From NCBI GenBank assembly GCA_965223325.1, contig CBDCWI010000002.1, forward strand, positions 800,001 through 864,000: 64,000 nucleotides of DNA, written 5' to 3'. The translations under genes were made by a program, and so were the position numbers. Below the pieces are notes generated by a model, which was given only the letters and a program-made list of their open reading frames with translations, ran no database searches and was not told where the DNA came from. The DNA comes from Candidatus Multivoradales bacterium. GTDB taxonomy: Bacteria > Acidobacteriota > Thermoanaerobaculia > Multivoradales > Multivoraceae. Positions 10,120 to 19,526 of the stretch are shown piece by piece (within the stretch, counting starts at the first letter, position 1; each line of letters starts with the position of its first letter).

Positions 10120-11004
10120 TCAGAGCAACCGCAAACCGAGCTCGTGGGCGAGTGTCCTGCGTTGCGGCTGGAGCTCACGGATCTCGCGCAGGTTGGCCAG
10201 GAGTCCCTGGAGTACGACCCGCTCGCGTTCATCCTCTGCAAGGGCTCGCTCGAGAGCTCGAATCGTCTGGCCGACCTCGTCGGCGACCGGCTCTTCCATC
10301 TCCCTGGCAGCCTCCGCCATCTCGACGAGCGCCTGGTCGATCCTCCCTTCACGCGCCTTCTCCATCTTCTGCTCGATATCGCCGGTAGAGGGAAGGGCAC
10401 CCGGCTCGAGGACGGGCAGGACACCCCCATTGGCAAGATGGCTCACCAATGCTTCGGCCAGGCCGACAACGAAGTCGGCCACCCGCTCGCCGTCGACCTC
10501 GATCCCTTCGAGCACAGCGTAGGTGTAGTACTCGTTGAGCGCGCCGTTGACCGACACCGCCAGATCTGAGGTGAAGCGAGAGTCAAGCTCGGGAAACGCC
10601 TGTTCGAGAAAGGTCTCCTGCAGAAGCTGCCAGTCGACGCGCATCTTTTGAGCCATGAGAGTGAGGCCCTCGTCGATCTCGACTCCGGCATCACGGACAT
10701 AGATCTCGAAGAGTTGACGGTGGGCCCGCGCACCTTCGAACTGAAAGCGAAACTGCTCGCGCAGCTTGTCGCGCGGGGCCACGTCCTGCTGGTCGAGGAT
10801 CGCGCGCGCCTCCTCGATCACCTCGCACGCCAGGTCGTCGAGTAGACCGATCATGACGTCGGTCTTTGAGCGGAAGTGGAGGTAGACCGCTCCCTTCGAG
10901 ATACCAGCCGCATCGGCGAGCTGCTGGATCGTCGTACCGACGAAGCCCTGGCTCAGAAAAAGGTCCTGAGCGGCCGCGAGGAGTTGCTGACGAGTTTCAG
11001 TCAC
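10120..11004 (-). CDS. TetR/AcrR family transcriptional regulator with C-terminal extension
   Basis: HTH GFVGTTIQQLADAAGISKGAVYLHFRSK; divergent from the ABC exporter. Confidence 0.92.
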   Translation of the reverse strand: MTETRQQLLAAAQDLFLSQGFVGTTIQQLADAAGISKGAVYLHFRSKTDVMIGLLDDLACEVIEEARAILDQQDVAPRDKLREQFRFQFEGARAHRQLFEIYVRDAGVEIDEGLTLMAQKMRVDWQLLQETFLEQAFPELDSRFTSDLAVSVNGALNEYYTYAVLEGIEVDGERVADFVVGLAEALVSHLANGGVLPVLEPGALPSTGDIEQKMEKAREGRIDQALVEMAEAAREMEEPVADEVGQTIRALERALAEDERERVVLQGLLANLREIRELQPQRRTLAHELGLRLL

Positions 11005-11022
11005 CGGCTCATCATAAGTGAA

Positions 11023-11098
11023 TGACCCCTAGGGTCACCGAAGATCCTGACCCATAGTGCAGATGATTGCGTGACCCATACTATTGACCACCTGGTCA
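11023..11098. promoter_or_regulatory. Putative TetR operator cluster (TGACC boxes)
   Basis: TGACCC-CTA-GGGTCA at 11023-11037, TGACCA-CC-TGGTCA at 11085-11098, and two TGACCCATA half-sites at 11048 and 11072, all in the divergent intergenic region. Confidence 0.7.
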
Positions 11099-11134
11099 TT
11101 TCATGCAACAATCCCCGGTCACAGGAGAACGATC

Positions 11135-12907
11135 ATGCTCGAAGCCCTCGCCCCGCTCCGCCGGCTGCTGGCCCGGACACCGATGCCCTATCTATTGCTG
11201 GGCACCTGCACTCTCTTCGCCGTAGTCGAGACTGGAGTCGGCCTGTGGGTCCCGCTGCTGGTGCGTGAGCTCCTCGAAGCGGCCGCCTCGGGAACCGTCC
11301 CGAGGTCCCAGGTCCTCCTGATTGGCGGGGCGATCCTCGCCGAGGCCGCAGCGGGAGCCGTGACGCTCTATCTGCTGGCCAGGGCAGGCGAGAGAGTCAC
11401 AGCGTTCCTCCGCAACCGACTGGTGCACCGCCTGCTTCGCCTACCGATGAAGTTTCACGACGATCGTCAGTCAGGGGAGTTGGTCAGTCGGGCGATGAGC
11501 GACACCACTTCGGTCCAGAGCCTTCTCACCGACCACTCGATCGCGCTCGTCGCAGGCGTTCTGGCGATGACCGGCGCTACCGTGATCCTCTGGTTTCTCG
11601 ACTGGCGCCTCACCCTCGTCCTCTTCTCAACCTCGCTCCTCGGGGTCCTGCTGGTCGTACCGATCGCAGTTCGACTGCACGCAGTCGGCGTCGCCACGCA
11701 GGACGAGCTCGGATCCTGGAGCGGCAGGCTTGCTGCCGTGCTCGGCGAAATGCGCCTCGTCAAGTCAACCTGCGCCGAAGCGCAAGAAGAAGAGCGGGCT
11801 GCCACCGCGATTGATCGTCTGCGCCAACTCGGTCTGCGCGAAGCACGCATTCTCGCCGTTCTCGGGCCTACTGTGACCCTCGGCATCAGCGGTGCACTGG
11901 TCGTGATTCTCGGCTACGGAGGCGCTCGCGTAGCGAGCGGCGAACTCACCGTCGGCACCCTTGTTGCCTTCATCCTTTACCTTTTCCAGATCGTGATGCC
12001 GATGGTGCAGATGTCGACCTTCGTCGCTGCGCTGAGCAAGGCTGGAGGGGCCGCAGCGCATCTGAGCGCGCTCCTTGACGAGCCTCTCGAAGAGCCCGGG
12101 GGGGACCGCCCGCTGCCGAGAGGGGGCGCGCGCGCAATCCGCTTCGATGGGGTGACTCACAGCTACGACGCCGAGCAGCCTGTCCTCCACGACTTCAACC
12201 TCGAGATTCCGGCCGGGAAAGTCACCGCGCTCGTTGGCCCCAGTGGAGGCGGCAAAACCACCGTGCTGGCCCTCGTCGAGAGGTTCTATGAGCCCGAGGC
12301 TGGAACCATCCGCCTCGGCGACATCGCGATCGGCGACTTTGCGCTCGAAGAGTGGCGGCGCGCCATCGGCTACGTCGCACAGGAAGCACCGCTCCTTGCC
12401 GGCACCTTGCACGACAACCTGTGCATCGGGCTCGAGAGCGAGCCCAGTCAACGCCACATCGAGGAGGCTCTCACTGCGGCGCGCGCTAGCCAATTCGTAG
12501 GCGAACTGGCCGACGGGCTCGCAACCGAAGTCGGCGAGCGCGGTGTCAAGCTCTCGGGCGGGCAGCGCCAACGTATCGCCATCGCGCGCGCGTTTCTCAG
12601 CGACCCGCAGCTCTTGATCCTCGACGAGGCAACCGCCAACCTCGACTCCGAGTCTGAGCTCGGCGTGCGTGAAGCGCTACGCGAGCTCATGCGGGGGCGC
12701 ACCACAATCGTGGTCGCACATCGTCTTGCAACGGTGGTCGACGCCGATCAGATCGCGGTGGTGGAAGACGGAAGGGTCACAGCCACCGGTACCCATCGCA
12801 CGCTCCTTGAACAGCACGAGACCTATCGCCAACTGGTCGAAGGTCAGAAACTCGGCTTCGCCCACCAGAGTCCGGTTCAGGGGGGCGGCCTGCAAGCCAC
12901 GGTGTGA
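11135..12907 (+). CDS. ABC exporter, fused permease/ATPase (LmrA/MsbA-like multidrug type)
   Basis: RBS AGGAG before ATG 11135. N-terminal transmembrane domain, Walker A GPSGGGKT, signature LSGGQ, Walker B LILDEAT. Confidence 0.93.
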   Translation: MLEALAPLRRLLARTPMPYLLLGTCTLFAVVETGVGLWVPLLVRELLEAAASGTVPRSQVLLIGGAILAEAAAGAVTLYLLARAGERVTAFLRNRLVHRLLRLPMKFHDDRQSGELVSRAMSDTTSVQSLLTDHSIALVAGVLAMTGATVILWFLDWRLTLVLFSTSLLGVLLVVPIAVRLHAVGVATQDELGSWSGRLAAVLGEMRLVKSTCAEAQEEERAATAIDRLRQLGLREARILAVLGPTVTLGISGALVVILGYGGARVASGELTVGTLVAFILYLFQIVMPMVQMSTFVAALSKAGGAAAHLSALLDEPLEEPGGDRPLPRGGARAIRFDGVTHSYDAEQPVLHDFNLEIPAGKVTALVGPSGGGKTTVLALVERFYEPEAGTIRLGDIAIGDFALEEWRRAIGYVAQEAPLLAGTLHDNLCIGLESEPSQRHIEEALTAARASQFVGELADGLATEVGERGVKLSGGQRQRIAIARAFLSDPQLLILDEATANLDSESELGVREALRELMRGRTTIVVAHRLATVVDADQIAVVEDGRVTATGTHRTLLEQHETYRQLVEGQKLGFAHQSPVQGGGLQATV

Positions 12908-12975
12908 CCCTCTGGCCAACCACCACTCGGATCGGCACGCCGGCTTCCTCAAGAGCGTGCTAGCTTGCCTTTTCG

Positions 12976-14694
12976 ATGCCCTTTTGTCTCCTCTCCAGAA
13001 ACCCTGGGCCGGTGCTCTCGCCACCGTTCGTGCCCTGGTTCGTGGTGGCGATCGCCGTCGCTCTCGCAATCGTCCTCGCTACCTGCACACCGGAACCCGA
13101 CGGCCCGCCGAACGTGGTGATCGTCTCGATCGACACCCTGCGTCTGGACAGTCTGGGCTTTACCGGCGCGGGCGTCGCCGAGGGCTACGCGGCAGAGACC
13201 CCGAACATCGACCGGCTGGTCGAATCGGGAGTCTGGTTTGAACAAGCCATCGCTCCCATTCCGCGCACAACGCCCGCGCTGGCGTCGATGCTCACCGGCC
13301 TTTACCCCTGGCGTCACGGTAGTCGTGAGGTCGGCGACCCGGCGACCGCCGGCACTCTACTCAGTGAACGGTTGCGAGACGCCGGCTACACGACCCTGGC
13401 GGTGAGCGCCAATCAGTCGGCCGGCCCCAAACAGAACCTCGCCGTAGGGTTCGAACACTTCGTCGACGGAGTACAGCTCAAGGAGCGCTATGCCGGCCGT
13501 CTCTATCGCGATCGCGAGGACGTACCGAGCACCGGGGTCGGCTGGGCTGAGGCCACCACCGATGAAGCGCTCGAGCTGGTAGCCGAAGCGCCAACCGACA
13601 GGCCACTCTTTCTGTGGACCTTCTATTTCGACCCGCACTTCTTCTACCGGCCACCCTCGCCCTTTCAAGACGGTGTCGAAGCCCAGGCCTGTTGGCAGAT
13701 GACGGAGCGCCTGGTCCGCGGCGAGATCACCTGCGCCGAGATCATCGACGACGTCTACGGCGAAGCCACCGAGGCCATGCCCGGTTGTCGGCGTCTCTAC
13801 CAGGCAGAGGTCAACTACACCGACGCCCAGATCGGTCGCCTGTTGGATGGTCTCGAAAGAGTGGGGCGCCGGGACAACACGATCTTCGTCTTCACCGCCG
13901 ACCACGGGGAGAACATCGGCGAAGCCGGCCTGTTCTACGAACACGGCGAGAACGTCCATGACGTCGCCATTCGCGTACCCCTGGTGTTCGCCGGGCCGGG
14001 GATTGCGCGTGGCCGCCGAGATTCCGCGAGCGCAGGCTTGATCGACGTCTTGCCCACGGTGCTCGAACTGCTCGGTCTCGAACCCAAGGACGATCTCGAC
14101 GGGGAGTCGCTCGCGAGTCGGCTGAGGGTTGGAGATGTCGCCACCCCGGGCTCTTCTGCCTCCCGGCCTATGTTCGCCGAAAGCGCCACCGGTTTCTGCC
14201 GCAACTCGTCTCGAATTCTGGGCAGCGGCCGCCTCGGCGGTCGCGCTTGCATTCACGGCAAACGCTACAGCTACTGTCGCAACCCGTCGGCTCGTGGTGC
14301 CTCCTCCTCGTCCGACCGCATCCTTGTCGAGCTCTACGACCACCAGGAAGATCCCCTGCAGACCAACAACCTCGCCGGCCAGTTACCAGAAGTCGAAGCG
14401 CACATGCAGGAGGCCTTCGAGCGCTGGCCTCCCGAGAACGCCCGCCAACGGACGCTCCGCCAACCACCGTTCAAGCTCGTCCAGACTCCCCTTTTCGAGG
14501 GCGGCTACGCTACTCATCTCTTCGATCTGGGCGCCGACGGCGAAGAGCGAGACATCGGCGAACGGCAACCAGACCTGACCGAGAAGCTGATGACCGAACT
14601 CGAAGAGTTCGCGAGCCTCGCGGCTCCAGTGACCCGAACGGAGACCGACCCGGAGACCACCCGCATGCTCGAGGCGTTGGGATACATCCAATAG
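12976..14694 (+). CDS. Sulfatase-like hydrolase/transferase (alkaline phosphatase superfamily)
   Basis: SIDTLR, PRTTPALASMLTG, FDPH, TADHGE, and C-terminal LEALGYIQ. Confidence 0.85.
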   Translation: MPFCLLSRNPGPVLSPPFVPWFVVAIAVALAIVLATCTPEPDGPPNVVIVSIDTLRLDSLGFTGAGVAEGYAAETPNIDRLVESGVWFEQAIAPIPRTTPALASMLTGLYPWRHGSREVGDPATAGTLLSERLRDAGYTTLAVSANQSAGPKQNLAVGFEHFVDGVQLKERYAGRLYRDREDVPSTGVGWAEATTDEALELVAEAPTDRPLFLWTFYFDPHFFYRPPSPFQDGVEAQACWQMTERLVRGEITCAEIIDDVYGEATEAMPGCRRLYQAEVNYTDAQIGRLLDGLERVGRRDNTIFVFTADHGENIGEAGLFYEHGENVHDVAIRVPLVFAGPGIARGRRDSASAGLIDVLPTVLELLGLEPKDDLDGESLASRLRVGDVATPGSSASRPMFAESATGFCRNSSRILGSGRLGGRACIHGKRYSYCRNPSARGASSSSDRILVELYDHQEDPLQTNNLAGQLPEVEAHMQEAFERWPPENARQRTLRQPPFKLVQTPLFEGGYATHLFDLGADGEERDIGERQPDLTEKLMTELEEFASLAAPVTRTETDPETTRMLEALGYIQ

Positions 14695-14745
14695 GCCCGC
14701 ACCAGAACCACGCGCCACCAAGAAGGCGTCGCGGCGCTCAGCCCG

Positions 14746-16602
14746 TCACCTCAGCTCCGACCGGTCGCCCACTGGCGGGTCGCAGATCCGACCCGCCAAA
14801 GGCCACAGCAGAACCAGTGCCACGACGGAGATCGCAACGCCCAGTCGTTCGGGCAAAAGTGCGCGATAACGCAACGTCACGCGCCGTGCGCCAGCCGGTA
14901 CCTGGACGATGAGACGGCCTGTTCCACCGGTCACCGGAATCTTCTCTCCCCCATTGACTTCGGCGATCCAACCGGGAAAGCCGAAGGCATCTTCGAGCTC
15001 CCCGCCCGTATCGTTCTCGAGGTCGAACACTCGTAAGTGCGAGGTTCGAACGGTGGGGAACACGGTGTGACCGTTCCAAGTCGACTGGTGGAGCGCCGAG
15101 CCGGAACCGAGCGCGCTGGCCATCTCAGGCTCCTGTGCTGCCGGTAGGTACTCTGGCACCCAGAGTTCGTGGGCACGCCGATCGATCTCAGGAGCGCCAC
15201 CCTTGAGGGTCCATTCCGTCGGACCGAGAAGCGGCAGCGACACGATGGCGTTCAAGATCAAGACGACCACCACCGAAAGCCAGCTCAAAAGCTCCAACTG
15301 GCGGCGGGGCTCGCGCGCAGCCGCCGCGCCCGCGCGCACAACGATGCCAACGAGCAGCGCTATCTGAATCGATTGGACCGCCCCCAGGCGCCATGGAAAC
15401 TGGGTCCACGAGAGACCGGGGGTCCACCGCCAAACAGGCGCCGATAAAGCGGTCTGGAGAAAGAAGACCCAGGCAACCGAAAGCAACGCGATCGCCGGCG
15501 CCAACCACGGCGCCCGGCCCGCGGCTTGGTCGCGGACCGCCCCCTTCTGAGAGGCCTTCCGAACTGAGAACCGTACGATCCACCACGCGGCGACGAGCAG
15601 GAGCCCAGAAGCCAACTGCACGAGCGCGGCGCGTTCGACCGTCGGCTTGATGACCGCTTCGGTGAACCCTGCCGCCACCTCATCGAAAAACAAGAAGTTG
15701 CGCTCGAACACGCCGTGGGCCGACTGGCGTATGTAGTCGAGGTCGATCGACGGGCGCGTCGCCAGCATCGGAAGTAGAAAGACCGCGGCGACGGAACACG
15801 CCATGAGCGCTGCCGCCACCAACTGTGCGACCGTGACGATGGTTCGCTTTCTTTTTCGGGCAAGCAGAAGGCCCAGCGCACACCCCGCAACTGGCAGAAG
15901 AGCAACCACCAACAGGACCGCACTGATGATGTGGGTCAAGAGAAGCCCGGCCGCCGCCAGCACCAGGCCGACCCAGGTGCCGCGACCCCCTCGCACATAG
16001 ACCAACCACAGAAACGCAGCGACCAGAACCAACCAGCCGTAGGCCCACACGGTGGGCAGAGCGAAGCGGCGATACAGGTCAATCATCGGAAACGGGCTCA
16101 GCCCGAGAGCAACGACACCTGCGGCCACCGCCAAGTTCGGTAGTCCGAGCCTTCGACCGGCCAGCGCAAACGCCAGAAGCGCGAACAATACGGCCGTACT
16201 CGCACTGATCCGAATGGCAACTGTGGTGTCGACTCCCGCCAGGAGCTCGACGATCGCGCTGGTCGCTGCAGCCCAGGGTGGATAGACCTTAAAGACCGGC
16301 GCTCCGAGTCCGCCGTGCATGCTGCCGACCCAGCGCGGGTAGAGCCGCCCGCTACCCTCGGGGGCGGTGGGGTCGAAGCGCTGGCGAAATGACTCTGAGA
16401 AGTCGCGAATGACCACCGCGTGGAAGCCGGCATCGTGGCCTTCAGGTACTCCAATCCAGGAGCAGAGCGGGCCCGATTGGGTGGGCGGGCAGTCATCGAC
16501 TCTCTCGGTCCACATCGGGAGAACCAGCACTGCGCCCACCGCGAGGGCTACCCCAACGAGTACCAGCAGGGGCTTTCCGGTGAGTGACTCCAGTTCCGCC
16601 AT
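14746..16602 (-). CDS. Polytopic membrane protein, PTPS-related/YfhO-like (putative GT-C glycosyltransferase)
   Basis: HDAGFH, LYPRW, GLGAPVFKVYPP, QFPWR and EYLP motifs; many TM segments. ATG 16602 lies just after the upstream gene stop. Confidence 0.72.
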   Translation of the reverse strand: MAELESLTGKPLLVLVGVALAVGAVLVLPMWTERVDDCPPTQSGPLCSWIGVPEGHDAGFHAVVIRDFSESFRQRFDPTAPEGSGRLYPRWVGSMHGGLGAPVFKVYPPWAAATSAIVELLAGVDTTVAIRISASTAVLFALLAFALAGRRLGLPNLAVAAGVVALGLSPFPMIDLYRRFALPTVWAYGWLVLVAAFLWLVYVRGGRGTWVGLVLAAAGLLLTHIISAVLLVVALLPVAGCALGLLLARKRKRTIVTVAQLVAAALMACSVAAVFLLPMLATRPSIDLDYIRQSAHGVFERNFLFFDEVAAGFTEAVIKPTVERAALVQLASGLLLVAAWWIVRFSVRKASQKGAVRDQAAGRAPWLAPAIALLSVAWVFFLQTALSAPVWRWTPGLSWTQFPWRLGAVQSIQIALLVGIVVRAGAAAAREPRRQLELLSWLSVVVVLILNAIVSLPLLGPTEWTLKGGAPEIDRRAHELWVPEYLPAAQEPEMASALGSGSALHQSTWNGHTVFPTVRTSHLRVFDLENDTGGELEDAFGFPGWIAEVNGGEKIPVTGGTGRLIVQVPAGARRVTLRYRALLPERLGVAISVVALVLLWPLAGRICDPPVGDRSELR

Positions 16603-16613
16603 CAAGAAGGGAC

Positions 16614-17430
16614 TCAGTCGAGGTAGCCGAGAGCTCGCAACTGCTCTTCGAGCTCGTCGGAGACTTCGATCGTGTCGATGGGTCGGTCGAGATGTGGATT
16701 CCAGTCTTCGAGCCGACGGGCATAGCGCTCTTTTTCTGCGCTGTGCTCGGTGGCGGGCGAGCCACCCTCCGCGGCCAAGAGGTCGTTGTGTTCGCCGGGG
16801 TCGTTTCTGAGATCGTAGAGCTCGAAGATCGGGCCTTCCCGGCCGGGGTACCGAATGAGTTTCCATCCGGCGGATGAGCGCACCGAAAAGATGCGGTGCA
16901 GCGTCAAGAGCTCGTAGCCGCGGTCGCGGTAGCGACCTTCGTCCGCACGCGCGGCGCTCCAGACGAGCGCTTCGTTGTGCTCGTCATCGTCTTCGGGTGA
17001 AGACGCCTCTAAGGAAAACTCCGACCGATCCCGGCCAGAATGACTGGGATCGACCGGCAGACCGAGGAGCGCGCCGAGGGTCGGTGCGATATCGACTATC
17101 GAAATGTAGGTCGGTGAGCGCACCGCAGGAACACCGGGGCCGGCGAGAATCATCGGGATACGAATCTGCTCATCGAACAGCTGTGCCCCGTGATCGAGAC
17201 GGTGAAAACGTTCACCGAGCGTCTCGCCATGGTCGGCGACCACCAGCACAAAGGTGTCTTCGAGGTCGACGACCGAAAGCACCCTGGCCAGCAGCTCGTC
17301 GAGGCGCAACAACAAGGCGTCGTAGCGAGAGATATAGGCGCCGAGCCGGGTGAGCGCAGAACCACTCTGGTCATAAAGAAGCTGGTAGGGCGGAATGCGC
17401 TCCAGTTCTTCGCCCGGCGGCGACGCCGGA
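16614..17430 (-). pseudogene. C-terminal half of a sulfatase-like protein (N-terminus missing)
   Basis: RYDALLLRLD, VVADHGE, IRIPMILAGPG, ELYDLRNDPGE and LRALGYLD are present. The DTLR and nucleophile region is absent. Confidence 0.7.
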
Positions 17431-18606
17431 AAGGCCAACAGCAAGTACTCGGTCGTGTTGTTGGTGCCCTCGGTTCTCCTGGCCGTGGCACTCGCCGCGA
17501 CGGATCGCACGGCAACGGTTCGGCGAAGGCCCACGGGAAGCCTGATCGACACCGCAGTCGCTGCGATCGCCGCTCTCGGGCTTCTGCTGTTGACCTACGG
17601 CATCGCCAACCGCAATACGAGTGACGACGAACACCAGCGCGTTCTCGACCAGTACATCGAGAACGAGGCGACACTCATCGTCCTCGATCGCCTCGCGGAC
17701 CAACGCGCACTCCTCGAAGAGGTCTCGACATGGTCGCTCGGAGCGAGCCAGTACCTGACGGGCTTCCTGGGCATTCGGACGCAGAACGAGATCGGTGTCT
17801 ACCCGTCCTACGCCTTCGGCACCGTTTCGTCGCGCGGTCGGTGGTGGTACTTCCCGGTTCTCGCCGCGGTGAAGCTGCCTCTGGTGATGCTCGTTTGCCT
17901 TGCTCTGTTCGCACGCGGGCAGTGGCGGGAATGGAAGCGGTGGCCAAGACCCGCACGCGGCGTTTTGCTGTCGGCGTTTCTGATCTACGCCGTGGTGGCC
18001 GTTCTCTCGAACTACAACATCGGCTTCCGCCATCTCCTACCGATTCTGCCTCTGGCTCTGCTGCCAATAGCCGCTACCCTTGCCGGAGGCCTGCGGCGGC
18101 TCTTGATCGTGCTCGGTGCCCTGGCGCTCGAGAGCCTGATCGTTGCGCCGCTTTGGATCTCAGCGACCAACACCTGGTGGCTGGGTGAGAACAACCCGAG
18201 CCGTTTTGTCTTCTCCGACGGCAATCTTGAGTACTCACAGAACTTCCTGACACTCGCCCGGGCGCTCGCGTCCGAACCCAGCGTTGGCATTCTGCTGCCA
18301 GGCAAAGACACCCGCACGCTGGCCGCGTACATTCCTGGCGCCTTCGCCGTGCCACCGGGCACCACCGGGCTCGAGCCCGGGCTCTATGCGGTCTCGGTTC
18401 TAGTCGAACAGTACGTACCGGCAGTCAGACGCTCTGATCCCGCTCACGTACACGGACACGCGCCGCTTGTCGACTTGATGACCGCGCTCGAGCGAACCTG
18501 GAGGGAGATCGAGACCGGAGAAGACCTGGGCTACATAGCGGGCACCTTCCACCTCTACCGGCTGCCTGCGCGACAGGCTCGAACGCCAGGGGAGCCACCC
18601 AGCTAG
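17431..18606 (+). pseudogene. C-terminal part of an ArnT/PMT-like membrane glycosyltransferase (N-terminus missing)
   Basis: Begins at an SKYS motif, then GRWWYFPVLAAVKLP and NIGFRHLLP. No credible start codon or N-terminal TM block. Confidence 0.62.
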
Positions 18607-19526
18607 CGAAGCTTGACCCGCAGCAGTCCGCGCAGGTTGAACACGTCATCGCTCTCGAGGGGACCGCTCTTGCTACGCACGACGTCGAGCGGCGACCAGA
18701 AGGCTTCGAGCGAAACGTGCGCCCGTTCAGACGCCTTGGCGGTGACTCCGAGCGAGAGCGACCAGGTCGAACCGTCGGCGAGGAGCAGGGTGTTGTCCTG
18801 GACGCCAAACGTTCTGGCGTTGACCTGGAACTCGAGATCGAGTTCCTGGTAGGACGCGCCGTAGTGCAGCCAGAGCCGATCAGAGCGGACGAGGCGATGT
18901 GCGCCCACCAGCTCGAGGCCGTAGTAGTCGAACGATGTGGCGTCATCGGAGAGCGCCTCGCAGCCGAATACGTTGCCCGGTGCACCCACCGGGTTGGCGA
19001 TATCGCCTTCGGTACAGGTCAGGCTGCCAGTGACCTCGCCCCTTTGACCGTGAAGCCGCCAACCGTAGCTGGACTGCTCGGTTTGCCAGAACGGGCGCGC
19101 GATGGCCAGCGACCAGAGATCGGGACGCGCTCCATCCACTTCCACCGGTGGCACCCAGCCGATGGTGAGAGCGATGTCGGCCGGTAGCCCCAGAGTCGCC
19201 CGCAGCCGACCGACGACCGGCGTGCGGTTGAGGTCTTCCTCCTTCTGGCCGTTGAAGCCAACCGTACGTTGGCGAGTGTCGAGATGCGGCACCTGGAGAA
19301 CTTCGAAGCCAAGCTCAACCGAACCCGCCTCGGTCGCCGTGACCGGGCCAAGCGACGTCAACGCCGTCACCGAGCTCAGGAAGCTGAGCGCCCAGGCCTC
19401 TGGGCGTTCGAAGTCCATCTGCTCGACCGCGTCGATGACGAGTCCGTTGTCCTGTGCGATGAGCGCCGGCGGCACCGACAGCAAAAGCAGGCAGAAGAGC
19501 GTGCCGACTGCTCCTAGGCGTCGCAC
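18603..19526 (-). CDS. Exported hypothetical protein, probable outer-membrane beta-barrel
   Basis: Signal peptide, alternating beta-strand pattern, C-terminal strand FNLRGLLRVKLR. Overlaps the upstream gene by 13 nt. Confidence 0.55.
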   Translation of the reverse strand: MRRLGAVGTLFCLLLLSVPPALIAQDNGLVIDAVEQMDFERPEAWALSFLSSVTALTSLGPVTATEAGSVELGFEVLQVPHLDTRQRTVGFNGQKEEDLNRTPVVGRLRATLGLPADIALTIGWVPPVEVDGARPDLWSLAIARPFWQTEQSSYGWRLHGQRGEVTGSLTCTEGDIANPVGAPGNVFGCEALSDDATSFDYYGLELVGAHRLVRSDRLWLHYGASYQELDLEFQVNARTFGVQDNTLLLADGSTWSLSLGVTAKASERAHVSLEAFWSPLDVVRSKSGPLESDDVFNLRGLLRVKLR

